A DNA stretch of 43,517 nucleotides from a bacterium (GCA_037134655.1 JBAXLR010000004.1:1-43517); one strand, 5' to 3'. Shown: positions 1-8,966, counted from the stretch's first letter. Made by a program: numbers and translations. Notes: generated by a model not told the origin, from the sequence alone.

Positions 1-1
1 G

Positions 2-532
2 GTGCCTCGGGCCTTGATCGATCGACTTTTTTTTAAAGTACCTGGACTCGGCTCTTTGATGGAGACCTTCGGCAGTCGTGAAGGAACTCGAGAGAACGCG
101 GTCAAAATGCTCGGAGAAAACGAAATCCTTGTCGTGGCACCCAGCGGAATGCGCGAGGCACTGCGACCTTCCAGCGAAAAATATAAAGTCATTTGGAAGC
201 GGCGCAAAGGCTTTGTAAAGCTTTCAGTTGAGACAGGCGCCCCAATTATTCTTGCCGCTTGCCCCGCGGCCGATGATCTTTATGATGTTGCGCCAAGCCA
301 TATCACGGTCTGGGCTTATAAAACTTTGCGGATACCCCTATTTTTTGCCAAAGGTCTCGGATTTACGGCCATACCAAAGCCAGTTAAACTGACTCACTAT
401 CTCAGTGAACCCCTTTATCCACCCCCGTATTCAAATGATCCCGAGGTTTTCAAAAAGCGTGTGGAAGAGTTCCATTTAAAAGTCACTGCGCGTATGGAAA
501 AGCTCATGCTTGAAACAGCGAAAAAGGACTGA
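2..532 (+). CDS. Lysophospholipid/diacylglycerol acyltransferase family protein (DGAT2/PlsC-like), 5' partial
   Basis: Motifs VAPSGMREAL (PxGxRE-like) and RKGFVKLSVETGAPII are typical of the LPLAT/MGAT fold. The frame is open at the window edge. Confidence 0.75.
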   Translation: MPRALIDRLFFKVPGLGSLMETFGSREGTRENAVKMLGENEILVVAPSGMREALRPSSEKYKVIWKRRKGFVKLSVETGAPIILAACPAADDLYDVAPSHITVWAYKTLRIPLFFAKGLGFTAIPKPVKLTHYLSEPLYPPPYSNDPEVFKKRVEEFHLKVTARMEKLMLETAKKD

Positions 533-565
533 ACTTTATCCGAATGCCAAGTTTTGAGATATCCC

Positions 566-1696
566 ATGAAATTTCAATTTGAGCAGTCAGACTTGCACCG
601 CTGCTGGACTAACCAGCTTTATAAAGAGCATCAGGATATCTCTTGGTTTTACCGCATCAAACTTCGTCCAGTCATCATTCAGTTGTCAGATATGAGGAGT
701 GCCTGGGGTAAATGGGACTCGTTTTACCGAACGATCACAATTAGCACTCACTTAATCGAAAATTATAGTTGGGACGTGGTTGTAGAAATTTTAAAGCATG
801 AGATGGCGCATCAGTATGTCACAGAGCATTTCACCCACAGTCAATCCACAGCGCATGGCGATGATTTCAAGACGGCCTGCAAACGCATGGGAGTTGCTTC
901 CTGGGCGATGCGGGCGGCTGGTGAGTTGCCAGCCCAAATACCTGGACTACGGGAACGGGTGATTAGCATTGAAGATCAAAGGTTACTGGACCGAGTGGAG
1001 AAGCTTTTGTCGCTGGCGCAGTCAGCAAATGAGCACGAAGCTTTTTTGGCGATGCAAAAATCCAGAGAAATTTTTGCCAAGCATAATCTTGAAAAAATCG
1101 CCCAAAAAAAATTAGATGATTCGATGGACAGCATGTATCTGACCCGCAGAAAGAAGAAAACAGATCCCGTCGAGGCTAAAATTCTTTCGATTTTGAATGA
1201 TCACTTTGTGGTGCGAGTTGTCCACACATCACTTTTTGACGCAAAATCATGCGAAAAATATCAGGCCGCGGAAGTACTCGGAAGGCGAGAAAACATATTA
1301 ATGGCCGAGTACGTCTATCACTTTTTACACCAGCAGTGTGATGTTTTGTGGCAGCGTTTCCGAACCGAGTCCGATGTGCACGGGTCTAACCGAAAGAGTT
1401 ATCAGCTCGGAGTTTTGGCAGGTTTTGATGAGAAGCTGGCCGGTGCGGGCGCTATTTCACAGAAGATAGCCCAAGACTTCACAGATGCGGGATCTAGCGT
1501 GAGCGCTCTGCTGAAGATTGAGGCGTCAGATCTCGATGAGTTCATTGGCACACGTTATCCTCGATTATCCAAAAAATCATGGGGTGGTGGACGAATCGAT
1601 CGTGGAATTTTCAAGGAGGGTCAATCAGAAGGCCGTCGGCTGAATTTAAATCGGCCGCTTGAAAGTCGAGGGAAGTTTGGTGGTTATTTAAAATAA
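566..1696 (+). CDS. SprT-like zinc metalloprotease domain plus DUF2786 domain protein
   Basis: HEMAH zinc motif, then HGDDFK (SprT-like), then RVEKLLSLAQSANEHEAFLAMQK (DUF2786 pattern). ATG at 566 is preferred over TTG at 554. Confidence 0.8.
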   Translation: MKFQFEQSDLHRCWTNQLYKEHQDISWFYRIKLRPVIIQLSDMRSAWGKWDSFYRTITISTHLIENYSWDVVVEILKHEMAHQYVTEHFTHSQSTAHGDDFKTACKRMGVASWAMRAAGELPAQIPGLRERVISIEDQRLLDRVEKLLSLAQSANEHEAFLAMQKSREIFAKHNLEKIAQKKLDDSMDSMYLTRRKKKTDPVEAKILSILNDHFVVRVVHTSLFDAKSCEKYQAAEVLGRRENILMAEYVYHFLHQQCDVLWQRFRTESDVHGSNRKSYQLGVLAGFDEKLAGAGAISQKIAQDFTDAGSSVSALLKIEASDLDEFIGTRYPRLSKKSWGGGRIDRGIFKEGQSEGRRLNLNRPLESRGKFGGYLK

Positions 1697-1729
1697 AAAG
1701 TCGGGATGGCTCACCATCCCGACTTTTTT
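1695..1729. terminator. Bidirectional intrinsic terminator
   Basis: AAAAAGTCGGGATGG-CTCA-CCATCCCGACTTTTTT is a perfect stem with A and T tracts, lying between convergent genes. Confidence 0.9.
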
Positions 1730-1754
1730 GATCGCGTGTAGTTTTCGGGCGTTA

Positions 1755-3092
1755 TCAGCAGCGCCAACGACGAATCAAACAGCCATTTCTGACTCGGTAA
1801 CCCATGCGTGCCAGGCCATTTCCTGCAACTCGGGAAACTCCCATAACGGCACGGCCTGAGAATACAGCGACACCCCGGCCAACATTTCCAATGACTCTGG
1901 CAGCTCCAGAGATGACGCGTCGAACTGGTCGATGTGTGGAGAACCATCTACGGACGGGTTGATTTTTTACGAAGTATCGCCCGACTGCAAAAGGAGCATT
2001 CACTACAGCGCCGAGTATTGGAAACATGCGGCGGCCAGTGAGTGAGAATGAATCGGCAGTACTTGGTGCGCCGCTCATGGCCTCATCGACGTAACTATCA
2101 CTTCCACTCTCAGAGGAGCCCGCCAGGTTCATTTGTGCGGAACCGGGAGTGCCAGAAAATGTCTCAGTAAATATTGGCTCAACATTCTTTTTAAAATATG
2201 CGCCACTGTTACTGAATGGGGCCTTGTCGGCAAACATTAAGGCTCGTGAGGCATCTGAACACCAAGCAGCATCAAAAACTTGAGCGACGAAGAAGTTCGT
2301 CATTTCACGGTGCCCTGCATCATTGTAGGACTCCCAAAATGCCTTCCAGCGCGCATCTCGGCCGAGACTGCTATCTAGGACTTTTGAAGATGAAATCATT
2401 GACTTGTAGTTATCGGGAAGAGTTTCAGCTAGAGATTTGCCATCTGCATTTTTGTTTTTGATCAAATCTTCAATCACCATGAATGCAAGACTAGACTTTA
2501 CATTGCGCATCTCGGTGTCATAGGCACCAAACTCGTAGACGAGTTCATTCGAAGGGGAAAGATTATCTGTCGCTGCGATTTCGGTCAGAAATGAACTTAA
2601 GACGGCTGCAAAGCCGCTGACGATAAGACTAGCTTGTTCCTGCTGTTCGGCGCGAGTTCCTGCGGTGACGCCTACGTAGATCGTTGGCATTCCAACTAGC
2701 TCATTTTCTTTTGGAAATACGACGCATCCACCTTGGTCGCCAGAGCTATAAAACAGCGGCGTCGACTCCTGGGCCGAGCAAACTTCTTTCGGGTTTCCAA
2801 TTAAGCGAACTGAACCGCCTTTTAGAAAGAACCAAGACTGTAGCTCCACGGGCACAGCAGCAAAAATACCCTTCAGAGATTCCTTGTACCGTGCATCCGC
2901 AACCTGAATACTCTGCTGAGACCAAAACGTATCATAGCGTTCGTTGAATTTTTCACCAGCGGACGCTGAACAAGTGTACGGCGTTTTGTCGCCTGCAAGA
3001 CCGCCAAGAGACTGGGTGGTTGAATCACCGCTAGTCTTACATGCGTTAAGTCCTAAGACCGCAACACTCAAAGTCAAAATATGACGAATCAA
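1755..3092 (-). CDS. Hypothetical lipoprotein with a degenerate anthrax-lethal-factor/PPEP-like domain and an Arg-rich C-terminal tail
   Basis: Lipobox LNA-C follows a hydrophobic stretch. GGAGG lies 6 nt before TTG at 3092 (the ORF track uses ATG 3107). Resemblance to the ATLF fold is by eye, and no HExxH motif is present. Confidence 0.6.
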   Translation of the reverse strand: MIRHILTLSVAVLGLNACKTSGDSTTQSLGGLAGDKTPYTCSASAGEKFNERYDTFWSQQSIQVADARYKESLKGIFAAVPVELQSWFFLKGGSVRLIGNPKEVCSAQESTPLFYSSGDQGGCVVFPKENELVGMPTIYVGVTAGTRAEQQEQASLIVSGFAAVLSSFLTEIAATDNLSPSNELVYEFGAYDTEMRNVKSSLAFMVIEDLIKNKNADGKSLAETLPDNYKSMISSSKVLDSSLGRDARWKAFWESYNDAGHREMTNFFVAQVFDAAWCSDASRALMFADKAPFSNSGAYFKKNVEPIFTETFSGTPGSAQMNLAGSSESGSDSYVDEAMSGAPSTADSFSLTGRRMFPILGAVVNAPFAVGRYFVKNQPVRRWFSTHRPVRRVISGAARVIGNVGRGVAVFSGRAVMGVSRVAGNGLARMGYRVRNGCLIRRWRC

Positions 3093-3283
3093 GACCCACC
3101 TCCACATTGCTAAAATCGGCTGATTTTCTGTTTGGCAAATAACGTTTGCCCCACAATTTTAGCACACGCCAGAAGAAGCAGCAAAAACCCCGACCATCGT
3201 CGCTAAAGTGAAGTTTTCATTAAAAAAATAATTATTTTTTGTGTAAATGACAAAAGTATAAGCGCTCAGCGGACGTGTAGGAC

Positions 3284-4210
3284 TCAGATTTCAATGGTGC
3301 CTTGAAAAACAAACTGAGCAGGGCCGGCTAAAATAACCTCGTCGTCCGAATTTGCTTGCTTAACATAAAGTCGACCGCCTGGCATGTGAATGCCAATCCA
3401 TTCAGAGCGGTCGCTCAAGCCCGATGCCAAGGTGGCAACGCCAACGGCACACGCACCCGTGCCGCAAGCCTGGGTGAGTCCAACGCCTCGCTCCCAAGGA
3501 AAAACTCGGAATAATTCGCTGACAGGCTCACCGAGTTCACGGCGCGCCCGTTGTTGATCTTGGACTCTTAATTCCATTGGTGACGCCATATGGACATTAA
3601 TACCATCGCCACTTCGACAAGCCTGTAATGCTGGTCCACACAGTTTTGCGAGATCTACCGTTGCGTCCTCGACTGAGAACACCACATGTGGGTTACCAAT
3701 ATCCACAGTCTCGATGTCACCGGCCAAACTTCGGTTCTCTTTTTGGAGGCTTTTTGCCTTGGCCATTGTATCTTGGTGCCAGTCGTTTTGCTCGCCAACA
3801 CTGGGTCGCGGCATCGTTACGGCGATCAGTGGCGCGGATTTTTCGCCGACAAACCTACAATGAATCTTGTTTGACTGGACTTGAAAGCTAACGCCATCAA
3901 AATCCAAGATTCCCTCGTGGTGTGCCCTAGCTCTAGCGCTAGCTGCAGCACATCGTAGTCCATTTCCACAGTTTTTAGCTAATGAGCCGTCACTGTTGAT
4001 GATAACGAGCTCTTCAGGATTTGGTTCTTTGCGCGATTTGCTCACCAGGACCAAAATCCCATCCGCACCAACACCAGAGCCGTCACGGCAGCAGAGGTTT
4101 GGAGCGAGTCTTTGCAAGGTGGGTACAAGCAGATCTTTATCAGGTGTAAGAATCCATAAAACTATAAAGTCATTCTTAGCGCCGTGCCATTTTTCGAAAT
4201 CGATGAACAT
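3284..4210 (-). CDS. dapF: Diaminopimelate epimerase
   Basis: FEKWHGAKNDF N-terminus, catalytic NCGNG and ACGTG motifs, GNPH, and ERGVGLT. Confidence 0.95.
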   Translation of the reverse strand: MFIDFEKWHGAKNDFIVLWILTPDKDLLVPTLQRLAPNLCCRDGSGVGADGILVLVSKSRKEPNPEELVIINSDGSLAKNCGNGLRCAAASARARAHHEGILDFDGVSFQVQSNKIHCRFVGEKSAPLIAVTMPRPSVGEQNDWHQDTMAKAKSLQKENRSLAGDIETVDIGNPHVVFSVEDATVDLAKLCGPALQACRSGDGINVHMASPMELRVQDQQRARRELGEPVSELFRVFPWERGVGLTQACGTGACAVGVATLASGLSDRSEWIGIHMPGGRLYVKQANSDDEVILAGPAQFVFQGTIEI

Positions 4211-4221
4211 AAGTCCCCAAT

Positions 4222-4947
4222 CTATTTAGTGGGTTCTTCCAACTTATAACCACGCCCCCTAACACTAACCAGAATTTTTGGATCCCGAGGATCAGTCTCA
4301 ATCATTTTTCTAAGGCGCACTACGAAATTATCAATCGTCCTCGTCTCAGTGGTTGAGCGCAAGCCCCAAACTTTTTCAAGGAGGTGTTCTCGACTCACAA
4401 CCTGCCCCGGGTTTGACATCAATTCCTTCAGAAAATCAGCTTCTAACTTTGTAACGGGCTGAACCTTTCCGCCGCAGTGTAAGAGCAACTGCGAGTAATC
4501 AAGCATCATCCCCGACGCCTCGATTTTTGCAATCTGCAACGGTTGTTCTTCCCCTTTGTAAAGCCTCGCGCGTTCAGTCATGCGGCGGACTCGGGCGATG
4601 AGTTCTTGTAGGTGAAATGGTTTGGTTATGTAGTCGTCGACTCCGCTAGCAAATCCACTGAGGCGATCATCTTCGCCGCTGCGCGCCGTCAGCATAAGAA
4701 TGCCAACTTTGGCGTCGGTTTGTCTTATGATTCTGGCGACTGCAAAACCATCTTTACCTGGAAGCATGACATCTAGAATGATCGCATCGAAAGGACTTTT
4801 GGATGAGAAATCTGCAATCGCTGAGTCGCCGTCTCCGCAGTGCTCGACCTGAAAGCCTTCGGCTTCAAGATTGAGCTTAAGAATAAATGCTAGATGCGGT
4901 TCGTCTTCCACAAGGAGCAGTTTTTGGGTTTTTTCTTGATTCGTCAT
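4222..4947 (-). CDS. OmpR/PhoB-family response regulator
   Basis: REC domain (VEDE, ILDVMLP, DDYITKPF) plus winged helix (RTIDNFVVRLRK, VRGRGY). ATGA overlap with the kinase stop. Confidence 0.95.
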   Translation of the reverse strand: MTNQEKTQKLLLVEDEPHLAFILKLNLEAEGFQVEHCGDGDSAIADFSSKSPFDAIILDVMLPGKDGFAVARIIRQTDAKVGILMLTARSGEDDRLSGFASGVDDYITKPFHLQELIARVRRMTERARLYKGEEQPLQIAKIEASGMMLDYSQLLLHCGGKVQPVTKLEADFLKELMSNPGQVVSREHLLEKVWGLRSTTETRTIDNFVVRLRKMIETDPRDPKILVSVRGRGYKLEEPTK

Positions 4948-5846
4948 ACCGGGAATACCGCTTTAAAAATGCTGCCCTCGCCCAGCCCGGGACTTTCAAC
5001 AGAGATGCTGCCGCCCAGCTGATGCAGTGTCGTTTTTACAATAAATAAACCAAGACCGGTACCGGGAATTGCGCGCCTAGCAGCTTCGCTACTGCGGTAG
5101 AACATCTTGAATATGCGATTTTTGTCACGCGGGGAAAGACCTAGTCCACGATCCTTAACGAAGAGCGTTAAATGGGTCTCCGAGATGGTGGCTTCAATCT
5201 CTACATCTGATTTAGGAGGCGAGTACTTGATCGCGTTTTCAAGAAGATTACTCATTACCATATTGAATGCGTTGCAACTTCCACGCCAAACCAAGTCTTT
5301 ATCTGCCTTGACCTTGACGCGGTCAGTAATTTTGTCATCGAGATAGCTCAGTGTCTTTATAATTTCATTTAAAGCCGAAAAAATATTCACATCCTTTATG
5401 TCATCTTGGAACATGGTCAGACCGCGATCAAGGCGCGAGGAAATCAAAATTTGGTTCACAAGCCTAATTAGCCTATCGATATCTACAAGACTCATTGTTA
5501 AAAGTTTTCGCCTCGTTTCTTCGGGCAGATCGCGTGAGGCAAGAGTCTCGTATGCAAGATGAATGCTGGCCAACGGAGTTCTTAGTTCATGTGTAACACT
5601 TGATACAAAGTTTCTTTGTTGGCGAATCAGTGAGGTCTGGCGCTGACCCCAGGAGAAAAGCACAATTGATCCGGCTCCTAGCATGGACAGCAAAACCACT
5701 CCGACCACGATGAGTACGACAACACTAGTATCACTTGTCGGGATAAGGTTTGGATTAATCAGAGTTGCAAGTTTCTCGATTTCCCGTCTACGATCGACAA
5801 ACCAAATGACCCACAGAGTTAAAATAGCCGCCCAAAGTATTTGCAT
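4944..5846 (-). CDS. Membrane sensor histidine kinase (HisKA + HATPase_c); the true start is probably upstream of 5846
   Basis: H-box THELRTPL, N-box NLLENAIKYS, G1 DRGLG, G2 GTGLGL, and two hydrophobic segments. Confidence 0.93.
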   Translation of the reverse strand: MQILWAAILTLWVIWFVDRRREIEKLATLINPNLIPTSDTSVVVLIVVGVVLLSMLGAGSIVLFSWGQRQTSLIRQQRNFVSSVTHELRTPLASIHLAYETLASRDLPEETRRKLLTMSLVDIDRLIRLVNQILISSRLDRGLTMFQDDIKDVNIFSALNEIIKTLSYLDDKITDRVKVKADKDLVWRGSCNAFNMVMSNLLENAIKYSPPKSDVEIEATISETHLTLFVKDRGLGLSPRDKNRIFKMFYRSSEAARRAIPGTGLGLFIVKTTLHQLGGSISVESPGLGEGSIFKAVFPV

Positions 5847-5975
5847 GAAAACGAAAATACTGATGGGGTGAATCAGCCAACTGAGCTTTCGTATGAATAA
5901 TTGCTGGATTTTCCGCAGCTGGAATAGAACAAGACCAGAGGTTGTAAGCGCAGGCTTTAAAATGATACAGCTTTC

Positions 5976-6590
5976 TTAGTGAACAACTTTAATGGAGGTA
6001 TTCTCGTTTTTTAGCTCACTTTTAAGCTCAAGCAACAAATTCAAAAGTTTATTGTAGTTATAGCGACCAACGATTAACGCAACGTTATCGGCACTATTTC
6101 CATCAAGAAGAGAGCGCATCAACTGCGATACAAGCTCAAAGGTATTCTCATCGGTCAATGAACCGTGGCATGGATACAAGGCAACATTGCGTGCTTTAAG
6201 ATTGTGTACTGTCTCAGACACCAATCCTACCCATACCGCATAATCTCGGAAGTTTGGAGCTGGGCATGGGGTGACAAAAACCCGTCTAGCTACGCCGTCA
6301 TTACCAGCGATTGCCATCAAAGAGGGCTCTGTGACGTCCTGTCCTTTTTGTTCGATATCGTATAAGAGCTTTGACGTGGAGTTCTCAAGTAGCATGTCCG
6401 GACATTGAAGCGAGCCATTTTTGGCAAACGTTACAACTAGGTAATTAGTCAAATCGAAGTCGTCAATGGCAAGCGAGAGCGTGATCGTTCTCACGGTGGA
6501 CGAATTTGGATCGCTGTGAAGTGAAGTGTCTATTGATGGAGTGGAGGGCGCATGTAAGTCCGTTTGACCGACAAAAGGTTCAGTGCTCAT
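5976..6590 (-). CDS. Hypothetical alpha/beta protein
   Basis: 204-aa ORF with a GAGGAGG Shine-Dalgarno, in operon context downstream of nusB. No family recognised with confidence. Confidence 0.7.
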   Translation of the reverse strand: MSTEPFVGQTDLHAPSTPSIDTSLHSDPNSSTVRTITLSLAIDDFDLTNYLVVTFAKNGSLQCPDMLLENSTSKLLYDIEQKGQDVTEPSLMAIAGNDGVARRVFVTPCPAPNFRDYAVWVGLVSETVHNLKARNVALYPCHGSLTDENTFELVSQLMRSLLDGNSADNVALIVGRYNYNKLLNLLLELKSELKNENTSIKVVH

Positions 6591-6616
6591 GTTAGCGCCT
6601 CCTCAAATTTTGAATA

Positions 6617-7039
6617 CTAGGCTTTCTGTGTGTCAGAAACAACCGCATCCAGCACTCCATTGACAAAGGCTCCTGAATGCTCAGTGCCGTATCTTTTGGC
6701 GAGCTCGATGGCTTCGTTTAAGATTACCTTATTCGGGGCTAATTTCTCAAGAATTTCGAGGGTCGCAATCCTTAAAATTACGCGGTCTGTAGTAGCCATC
6801 CGGGTGATTTTCCAGTTCTTACTATGAGTCGATACAATTTCGTCGAGGCGATTAATGTTTGATAAGACGCCCTGGCTAAGGACTTTAAGGTAGTCCTTGG
6901 CGACTTGATCGACCTTGAAGTGGTCTAAAAAGTTATAAAAATGTTCGTCAGAGAAGTAAAAAATCTTATCGGCCTCGCATTGGTAGAGAAACTGTACCGC
7001 GAAATCCCGTGATAATGAATTTGGGTTTGCATTGGTCAC
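6617..7039 (-). CDS. nusB: Transcription antitermination factor NusB
   Basis: SRDFAVQFLYQ, DRVILRIA, NEAIELAKRYG, FVNGVLD; follows ribH. Confidence 0.96.
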   Translation of the reverse strand: MTNANPNSLSRDFAVQFLYQCEADKIFYFSDEHFYNFLDHFKVDQVAKDYLKVLSQGVLSNINRLDEIVSTHSKNWKITRMATTDRVILRIATLEILEKLAPNKVILNEAIELAKRYGTEHSGAFVNGVLDAVVSDTQKA

Positions 7040-7515
7040 GAGAGTCGAGCCCCATTGAATTTAGCCATGGTTTCCGCCATTTCAATGGCTGCACTGGCTG
7101 CATCGCGGCCTTTATTGCCGAACTTGATGCCACTTCGGTTAAGCGCTTGCTCAACTGTATCGGTCGTAAGTACACCAAAGATGACGGGCGTCCCGGTTTC
7201 GCGTGATGCCTCCATCACGCCGCGCGCGCACTCGCCCGCTACATAGTCAAAATGAGGGGTTTCACCTTTGATGACTGCACCTAGGGTCACAATCGCAGCA
7301 TATTTTCCAGATCGCGCAGCTGTGGTAGCCACAACGGGGATCTCAAAACAGCCAGGCACCCACACAGTTTCCACCTGATCGGCGAGTCCAGCCTCGTTGA
7401 AAGTATCCTGGGCGCCTGTGAGAAGACATCGAGTAATCATTTCATTAAATCTGGCAACAACGACGAGGAATCTCCCAGATTGGTTTTTCATTTGTTTGGC
7501 AGGGGTCTTTGCCAT
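7036..7515 (-). CDS. ribH: 6,7-dimethyl-8-ribityllumazine synthase
   Basis: VARFN, VPGCFEIP, GAVIKGETPHFDYV, GNKG. ATG at 7515 follows GGAGAG. Confidence 0.97.
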   Translation of the reverse strand: MAKTPAKQMKNQSGRFLVVVARFNEMITRCLLTGAQDTFNEAGLADQVETVWVPGCFEIPVVATTAARSGKYAAIVTLGAVIKGETPHFDYVAGECARGVMEASRETGTPVIFGVLTTDTVEQALNRSGIKFGNKGRDAASAAIEMAETMAKFNGARLS

Positions 7516-7535
7516 AAAAGTGCTCTCCAAAATTT

Positions 7536-8663
7536 TTAGCTACTGCTAATTAATATATGATCGACAATTTCAAGCCCAAATCCAGCCAGTCCCTTAAAAG
7601 TTCTTTGCTGAGAGACGTGCGTGCGCATTCGCTGTATGCCTAAGGAGCGAATGATTTGCGCGCCAATTCCCAGTAACCTAACATCCATTCCCATGTCTGT
7701 AGCGTCGTCTTTTTGCTCTGAGGTTGATGGGGACCTAGATTCAGCTGAAAAGGCGTCTTTTTGGGGGTAGCTTAAATATAGCAGAGCGGCGGCCTCGGAA
7801 GATCGCAGCAGTTTAAGTCCATAGTCTATCAAATTATTTTTGGCGCCCGTTCCGCGACTAAAGACGTCGATGAACGGTTTTTGCCGATGAACACGCACAT
7901 CCACAATACAAGAGCTAAACTTATCTTTGCCCTTTAGCAAAGCCATATGCCTTGAGCCATCAAGAACCGATTCGAAAATAATACTTTCAAATTGTCCCTG
8001 GTCCGTTTCGATTGAACCCTGCTCAATAACTTTCACGAGGCTATCACGCATCAGACGATATGCGATGATGTCGTCAATGGTGATAATTGGTAGGCGATGT
8101 AGCTTGGCAAAACGCTCAAGGTCGGGCATTCGCGCCATTGTTCCGTCATCATTCATAATTTCACAAATAACGGCAGCAGGTTTACAGCCAGCCAGTCTAG
8201 CAAGATCAATCGATCCTTCCGTGTGACCTGATCGCTCCAAAACTCCACCTTTTTTGGCTAAAAGCGGAAATACATGCCCTGGTACGCAAAGATCTTCGGG
8301 CTTAGATTCATCAGCTACGGCAACGCGAATTGTATGAGCTCGGTCTGCGGCTGAGATACCGGTTGTGACGCCGTGCCGAGCCTCAATACTTACCGTGAAC
8401 GCAGTGGTATGGCCGCCAGCATTTTTACTGACGTCATCCATGAGTGGTAATTTGAGGCGTTTTATGAACTCTGGCGCCATTGGAAGACAGATTAATCCGC
8501 GAGCTTCCTTGGCCATGAAGTTTATCTTTTCTGCGGTTGCATGCTCAGCAGCAAAAACAATATCGCCCTCATTTTCCCGCTGTTCATCGTCAACCATGAT
8601 CACCATGCCACCTTTTCGGATGGTTTCTATGGCTTCGATAACTCGGGCTATGCTCTTTTCCAT
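7536..8663 (-). CDS. ribB: 3,4-dihydroxy-2-butanone-4-phosphate synthase fused to a degenerate GTP cyclohydrolase II-like domain (RibBX type)
   Basis: DDEQRENEGD, TAFTVS, TGISAADR, PGHVFPL, GHTEG. The C-terminal domain has VRVH and GIGAQI but no zinc cysteines. Start is ATG 8663 or TTG 8717. Confidence 0.9.
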   Translation of the reverse strand: MEKSIARVIEAIETIRKGGMVIMVDDEQRENEGDIVFAAEHATAEKINFMAKEARGLICLPMAPEFIKRLKLPLMDDVSKNAGGHTTAFTVSIEARHGVTTGISAADRAHTIRVAVADESKPEDLCVPGHVFPLLAKKGGVLERSGHTEGSIDLARLAGCKPAAVICEIMNDDGTMARMPDLERFAKLHRLPIITIDDIIAYRLMRDSLVKVIEQGSIETDQGQFESIIFESVLDGSRHMALLKGKDKFSSCIVDVRVHRQKPFIDVFSRGTGAKNNLIDYGLKLLRSSEAAALLYLSYPQKDAFSAESRSPSTSEQKDDATDMGMDVRLLGIGAQIIRSLGIQRMRTHVSQQRTFKGLAGFGLEIVDHILISSS

Positions 8664-8966
8664 GGAAATTTGTGACTCCCCGATTTTATCGAACGACTCA
8701 TTAAGGTCGTGTAACAAGCAGAAAAATGTTCAAAGAACGGCTCTTGACCGAGGCGGACCTTGGCCCTTGAAAATCAGCCATTTACCACATGAGCCACCTA
8801 CTCCGGAGGCCTCTATATGAATCGTGATCAAGAAAAAAGCAATGATTTTAATGGCCACTAAGAGGGTCGAGGCCGGCATCACTTAAAAGGTGTTTAATAT
8901 CAGGCCCTTGTATTTTTTGGGAGGATCACCATCTGAGGCTCTCAAAACCTCGCGGGTCGATTAAAC

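Noticed and set aside
3120-3200. Possible c-di-GMP-I riboswitch (GGCAAAC) or sigma54 promoter upstream of the lipoprotein
   Set aside because: No GNRA/receptor pair or GCAAA second element. The TGG...TTGC element has 11-nt rather than 10-nt spacing.
8730-8879. 49-codon hydrophobic minus-strand ORF between ribE and ribB
   Set aside because: No SD and no recognisable family; an ORF of this size is expected by chance.
8718-8966. Possible FMN riboswitch in the rib operon gap
   Set aside because: The RFN core (AGGGCGGGGTGAAATTCCC...ACCGGCGG) is not present on either strand.
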